The position numbers and the translations under genes are program-made. The notes below the pieces were generated by a model. It saw nothing but the letters and a program-made list of their open reading frames with translations. It was not told the DNA's origin and did not search any database. Shown here piece after piece: positions 60,126 to 64,000 of a stretch of DNA of 64,000 nt. The DNA comes from Thermoproteus sp. (GTDB taxonomy: Archaea; Thermoproteota; Thermoprotei; Thermoproteales; Thermoproteaceae): positions 1 to 64,000 of the forward strand of contig JBMFIG010000005.1 in the NCBI GenBank assembly GCA_049976425.1, in the 5' to 3' direction. Every line of letters begins with the position of its first letter. The stretch's first letter is position 1.

Positions 60126-60994
60126 AGACTTTCAATATATGAGCGTAAAGCCATTGATTGTGAATGAGATGAGATATATTTACTTAGATATGTGTTATGT
60201 TTAGGGAATCTATATATGTATAATGTTTCATTAAGGAGATCCAGTGCCATGTATCCGCTCGGCGAGATCTCCAACTCGCCGATCCTATTGGCGACAGATC
60301 TATGGACTCTGGGATTTACGTGAGGGTGGAGGAGTATCGCGTAGTCTAAGCCGTATCTCAAATAGTCGTTGATGGCCGAGAAACCCATATGCACCGTCCT
60401 CGTAATGTCTAGATACTTAATGCCAATAATATATTTATTTTCTAATTTTATTAAAATATCTATTTGTGTATTATATTTATTTATTAATTGAGGTATAAAT
60501 GATATTTTAGTTAGTATCTTCTCTACCTTGCCCCATAGGAAATACCCTGCCGAGCTTATGTATCCCGACAACGCCTCTACGACGTCCCCTCCGCCGATGC
60601 CGGAGAGGCTCACGACGTAAGGCCTCTTGATCTGTTGCGTCTCTTCGTCCTCTATGGGCAGATATTCGAGCAACCGCTCGCTCAGCGCGGTATAGGGCAC
60701 GTAGTAGAAGTCGCCCAAGCTCTCCGCCAGCCCGGCCCTCGCCATGGCTTGTAGCGACGGGCATGGACTGGCCCTGCTGGAGCAGTCTATCAAGAGACTC
60801 CCCGAGAGGAAGCCGAAAGCCCTATTCTTTATGTTGTTGCTCCTTAACGAGGCAAGCGCCTTCAGCGCGTCGCCGGGCACGTCTACTATCTTCTCAAGTA
60901 TCTTTTCCAAGGGATAGAGCTCGCCGGCTCTCTCGGCCTCGGCCCTATGATCGGCGGGAGTACACGAGAGCCTCTCGGCGCAGAGCAAGTCCAC
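60122..60994 (-). CDS. Hypothetical protein (C-terminus possibly PD-(D/E)xK-like)
   Basis: 290 aa. IDILIK...IGIK...Y..GLDYAILLHP loosely resembles a nuclease fold. Confidence 0.65.
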   Translation of the reverse strand: MDLLCAERLSCTPADHRAEAERAGELYPLEKILEKIVDVPGDALKALASLRSNNIKNRAFGFLSGSLLIDCSSRASPCPSLQAMARAGLAESLGDFYYVPYTALSERLLEYLPIEDEETQQIKRPYVVSLSGIGGGDVVEALSGYISSAGYFLWGKVEKILTKISFIPQLINKYNTQIDILIKLENKYIIGIKYLDITRTVHMGFSAINDYLRYGLDYAILLHPHVNPRVHRSVANRIGELEISPSGYMALDLLNETLYIYRFPKHNTYLSKYISSHSQSMALRSYIESL

Positions 60995-61018
60995 GGAACC
61001 ACAGGTCCTTTAATAAAT

Positions 61019-61074
61019 TTTCAGACAATCGAGCGCTCTTCACGGGTATCTAGCCGGGGATAAATCATCACGTG
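61019..61074 (-). ncRNA. Box C/D sRNA
   Basis: Minus strand reads GTGATGA-TTTATCCCCGGC-TAGA-TACCC-GTGAAGA-GCGCTCGATTGT-CTGA, with TTTTAAAA at 61092-99 upstream. Confidence 0.88.
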
Positions 61075-61082
61075 GAGTCCCT

Positions 61083-61679
61083 CTACATGTATTTTAAAAG
61101 GCCTCCCTCGCTACCGCCGAGGAATCTTCTCAAGTCCTCCTCGAGGGTGGTCCTCAGCCTCGGGTTGTAAAGCGCGGCTGCCGGGTGGTACGTTACGCAT
61201 AACGTGGTCTCGACGCCAGCTATGCGGACCTTGAAGCACCTCCCCCTCACGTCGGCGATCTTGGCCACTCTACGGCCGGCGAGGGACATCAACGTCCTGG
61301 CGCTGTGTACGCCGAGAGCGACTATCAGCCGCGGCCTAATCGCCGCGATCTGCTCCACTAAATACGGCGTGCATGCGGCTATCTCGTCCTCTAGAGGCTC
61401 CCTATTGCCCGGAGGTCGGCACTTGACTACGTTGGTTATGAAGACGTCGCGCCCTCTATCTATACCGTATTTAGACAATATACTTGTCAAGAGCTTGCCA
61501 GCAGGCCCCACGAAGGGCCTGCCCTCCTCGTCCTCCTTCTCGCCAGGAGCCTCGCCCACAATCATGACGCCCTTCTCGGCCCTCCCCTCTCCCGGAACCG
61601 CCAGCCGCCTTGTCTCGTGCAGTCTGCATCTGGTACATCTGCGTATCCGCTCAGCTATCTCCAGCAACTTATCGTCCAC
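61083..61679 (-). CDS. udg: Uracil-DNA glycosylase, family 4 (Fe-S)
   Basis: Motifs CTRC.L, VGEAPG..ED..GRPFVG, NVVKCRPP.NR and YHPAA.L. Confidence 0.94.
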   Translation of the reverse strand: MDDKLLEIAERIRRCTRCRLHETRRLAVPGEGRAEKGVMIVGEAPGEKEDEEGRPFVGPAGKLLTSILSKYGIDRGRDVFITNVVKCRPPGNREPLEDEIAACTPYLVEQIAAIRPRLIVALGVHSARTLMSLAGRRVAKIADVRGRCFKVRIAGVETTLCVTYHPAAALYNPRLRTTLEEDLRRFLGGSEGGLLKYM

Positions 61680-61741
61680 GGACGCCGTTTAATACCGACA
61701 ATTAACTATTACTCTTTTTATAGCCGACGCGCGCCGGTATC

Positions 61742-62398
61742 GTGTTCTGGCGGCTGTTCTCGCCCCAGAAGCAGAAAGAGTTGCCGAAGGTTGGGGGGAA
61801 GCCCGTGTATATAGGAGGTATGTTGTTCTTGGGCACTGCCGAGCGCGGCGAGTTCGACGTGCGGAGGCATAAGCTGGTGGCCCTACACATAAGGGACAGC
61901 TCAGGCCTTCAGTATAAGCTCGACACCAGCGACGTGAGGGTCAAGATATCTAAAGAGAGCATAGATCTAGAGATTTCGGCGGTGCCCAAGTTCTTCGAGA
62001 TAAAGATAAGAGAGCTCAACGATATTGTAAAGAGGCTCGGCGACGAGAGGAGGAATATAGAGGACTCGTACAGGAAGCTCGAAGAGGCGTTGATAAGGGG
62101 CTCCATCAGCATGCAGATATATGAGGACTCCAAGAAGAGGATTGCAGAAAAGGAGAAGAGGCTGATAGCCTCCTGCATGGAGGCCGAGAGGAGCTTCGTG
62201 AAGATAAACGACGACCTGAAGAGGCTCCTCGGCGACGTGGAATCGAAGAGGGAAGCGCTGGAGGCCAAAAGGCTCTTAGACAGACTCGATAGGGGCGAGG
62301 AAGACATGCTGGCTAATCTGATAGCTCTGAGAACTAACATAATGTCGATAGAGCAGATGCTGAATACCTTATTATTGCAGTTGAGGCTGGTCTGCTAG
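61742..62398 (+). CDS. PRC-barrel-like plus coiled-coil protein, CdvA-like
   Basis: Beta-rich N-terminus of about 75 aa, then heptad coiled coils containing LEEALIRGSISMQIYEDSKKRI. Confidence 0.6.
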   Translation: MFWRLFSPQKQKELPKVGGKPVYIGGMLFLGTAERGEFDVRRHKLVALHIRDSSGLQYKLDTSDVRVKISKESIDLEISAVPKFFEIKIRELNDIVKRLGDERRNIEDSYRKLEEALIRGSISMQIYEDSKKRIAEKEKRLIASCMEAERSFVKINDDLKRLLGDVESKREALEAKRLLDRLDRGEEDMLANLIALRTNIMSIEQMLNTLLLQLRLVC

Positions 62399-62601
62399 TC
62401 GGCTATATCCACCCCGGCAAAGTCGCTTGGCGGTACGAGGCGTCCGCCGTCGTCGTAGTACCCGAGCACCGCGTGTTCCCTATTTGCCCTACACTTTCTG
62501 CAATATATGTAGATGCGGCCCTTGAAGGCTGTTAAGTTAAAGCCGACGTCCAGCACGCGCTCGTTGCCGCAGGCGGTGCAACGGAGTAGCCACTTCGTCA
62601 T
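62395..62601 (-). CDS. Small zinc-ribbon protein
   Basis: CTAC...CRKC; ATGA overlap with the upstream ligase gene. Confidence 0.75.
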   Translation of the reverse strand: MTKWLLRCTACGNERVLDVGFNLTAFKGRIYIYCRKCRANREHAVLGYYDDGGRLVPPSDFAGVDIAD

Positions 62602-63473
62602 TTCTTGAGCGAGGCGATATATTCAACTATATACTGGGCCGGGTTTATGCCGGTGCTGGACTTGAAGCCTCTCCAGTCGGGGGAGGCGTTGACCTCAAAC
62701 ACCACGTATCCGTCCTTGGCCTCGCCTACGTCGATGCCGGCGTAGACGAGGCCGAGGGCCTTGGTGGCCCTCACCGCTATATCCTCGAGCTCCGGGTTTA
62801 AGGCGCAGGGCTCCGCCCTCGCGCCCTGGGCGATATTGGTCTTCCACATGGTGGAGATCCTGTACATACAGCCGATGGCCCTGCCGTCGACCACTATAAC
62901 GCGTATGTCTCTGTTGGGCTTCTCGACATATTTCTGGATATAGAGCGGGTTGTGGGATATCAAGAGGGTTCTCATGACCTGGAAAGCCAGATCGGGATCT
63001 GAAAAGAGCATTGCGCCGAAGCCCCTACTGCCCTGTATAGGCTTGACGACCACGGTCTCGAGGGCCTTAGTTGCGTTGTACGCGTAGAAGAGGTCCTCCG
63101 TGACTACGGTGGGAGGCACCGGTATCTTTGCCTTTCTAAGTATGTAGAGGCTCATCAGCTTGTCTCTAGAGGCCATGAGGCCGCGGACGGGGTTTATGGC
63201 CGTGGCGCCCTCCTCTTCCAAGATCTCGAGCGTGGTGACTCGCCTTATCATAGTGTTGGCGTCTAGGAGGAAGCCGATGCCTCGGATGACCACCACGTCG
63301 GGCCTTATCGGGCCTCTCCGCGTCTCCACGAAGACGCCGTCTTGGGACATCCTGACCGACAGCCTTTGGATAGGCGCGTACCTGCTGCTGATCCCCCTCT
63401 TCTTTAGCTCCAGCAAGACGTCCCTAGTAGGCTCATCTGGTATCGACGACTCGGCGACTACGAGCACCTCCAC
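62598..63473 (-). CDS. RimK/LysX-family ATP-grasp ligase
   Basis: Motifs RDK, IPVPPT, VVKPIQGSRG.G, QKYV...DIRV, WKTNIAQG and EVNASP. Start set to GTG 63473. Confidence 0.88.
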   Translation of the reverse strand: MEVLVVAESSIPDEPTRDVLLELKKRGISSRYAPIQRLSVRMSQDGVFVETRRGPIRPDVVVIRGIGFLLDANTMIRRVTTLEILEEEGATAINPVRGLMASRDKLMSLYILRKAKIPVPPTVVTEDLFYAYNATKALETVVVKPIQGSRGFGAMLFSDPDLAFQVMRTLLISHNPLYIQKYVEKPNRDIRVIVVDGRAIGCMYRISTMWKTNIAQGARAEPCALNPELEDIAVRATKALGLVYAGIDVGEAKDGYVVFEVNASPDWRGFKSSTGINPAQYIVEYIASLKK

Positions 63474-63520
63474 GGAGGGGCCGTAGTCCAGCTTATATAA
63501 GGATAGACGACATACCTCTA

Positions 63521-64000
63521 GTGAGGCTACGCACAAGTAGTGGCGTTGCCATGTGCCCCTCCTGCGGATTCGCCATGCCTGGCCTAGATATATGTGAGCT
63601 GACTGGTACATGTGTTGAGTGCGCCCGCAAGGCCCTGGGAGATACATGCGCCAGATGTCCCGAGAGATCCCGGTGCGACTCGGCCCTAGAAGGTCTGAGG
63701 TTCGTCAAATCGCTTGAGCCCCAGCTGGACGTGTTCGTAGACGTGTCGCGGAGGGTCGTGAGCAAGGCGGAGAAGTACGGGAGAGTCGATATAGCGGTGG
63801 CCTTCATGAAGTCGCTCATGGGGCTCGTGAAGGCATTAAGGAGCGCGCCGCCGCAAGCGGCCTTCCCCGCATGGGTAGCCGCCATCTTGAGGCGCGATGT
63901 TGTGGCCAAATTGACGCGGACGCCATATGTGTTCGCCGGGGATTTCTACGAGGAGTTCAAGTGGTTCTGCGCCGAGTTCGGTTGCCGCGGCCTTGAGGCC
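63521..64000 (+). CDS. Cys-rich hypothetical protein (partial, runs off the window; not in the ORF track)
   Basis: GTG about 22 nt after TTATATAA, open for 160 codons. N-terminus reads CPSC..C...C.EC....C..C....C. Confidence 0.7.
   Translation, partial: MRLRTSSGVAMCPSCGFAMPGLDICELTGTCVECARKALGDTCARCPERSRCDSALEGLRFVKSLEPQLDVFVDVSRRVVSKAEKYGRVDIAVAFMKSLMGLVKALRSAPPQAAFPAWVAAILRRDVVAKLTRTPYVFAGDFYEEFKWFCAEFGCRGLEA

Overview
This is core-chromosome sequence from a GC-rich crenarchaeon, most likely Thermoproteaceae (Thermoproteus/Pyrobaculum-like). That assignment is inferred from leaderless GTG starts about 22 nt after TATA boxes, an unsplit RpoB, tRNA introns at non-canonical positions and a dispersed ATP synthase operon. 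The window holds a de novo purine cluster (purC, D, F-like, N, folD, M, E, K, F, L, S, Q), the rpoH-B-A'-A''-L30e-nusA-S12-rpoD-L18e-L13-S9-rpoN run, atpF-E-A, radA, repair genes (nfi, udg) and two intron-containing tRNAs (Val-CAC with one intron, Pro-TGG with two). Three clear and two probable box C/D sRNAs are also present. I found no transposase, integrase or CRISPR array. Three observations stand out. (1) Sharply bounded AT-rich islands (hand-counted examples 12-29% GC) recur inside essential GC-rich genes every few kb. (2) A PRC-barrel plus coiled-coil protein resembles the cell-division protein CdvA, in a lineage reported to lack the Cdv/ESCRT system. (3) An orphan promoter is followed by a compact structured RNA candidate downstream of pyrH. 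All product calls come from motif recognition by eye; no database search was run.
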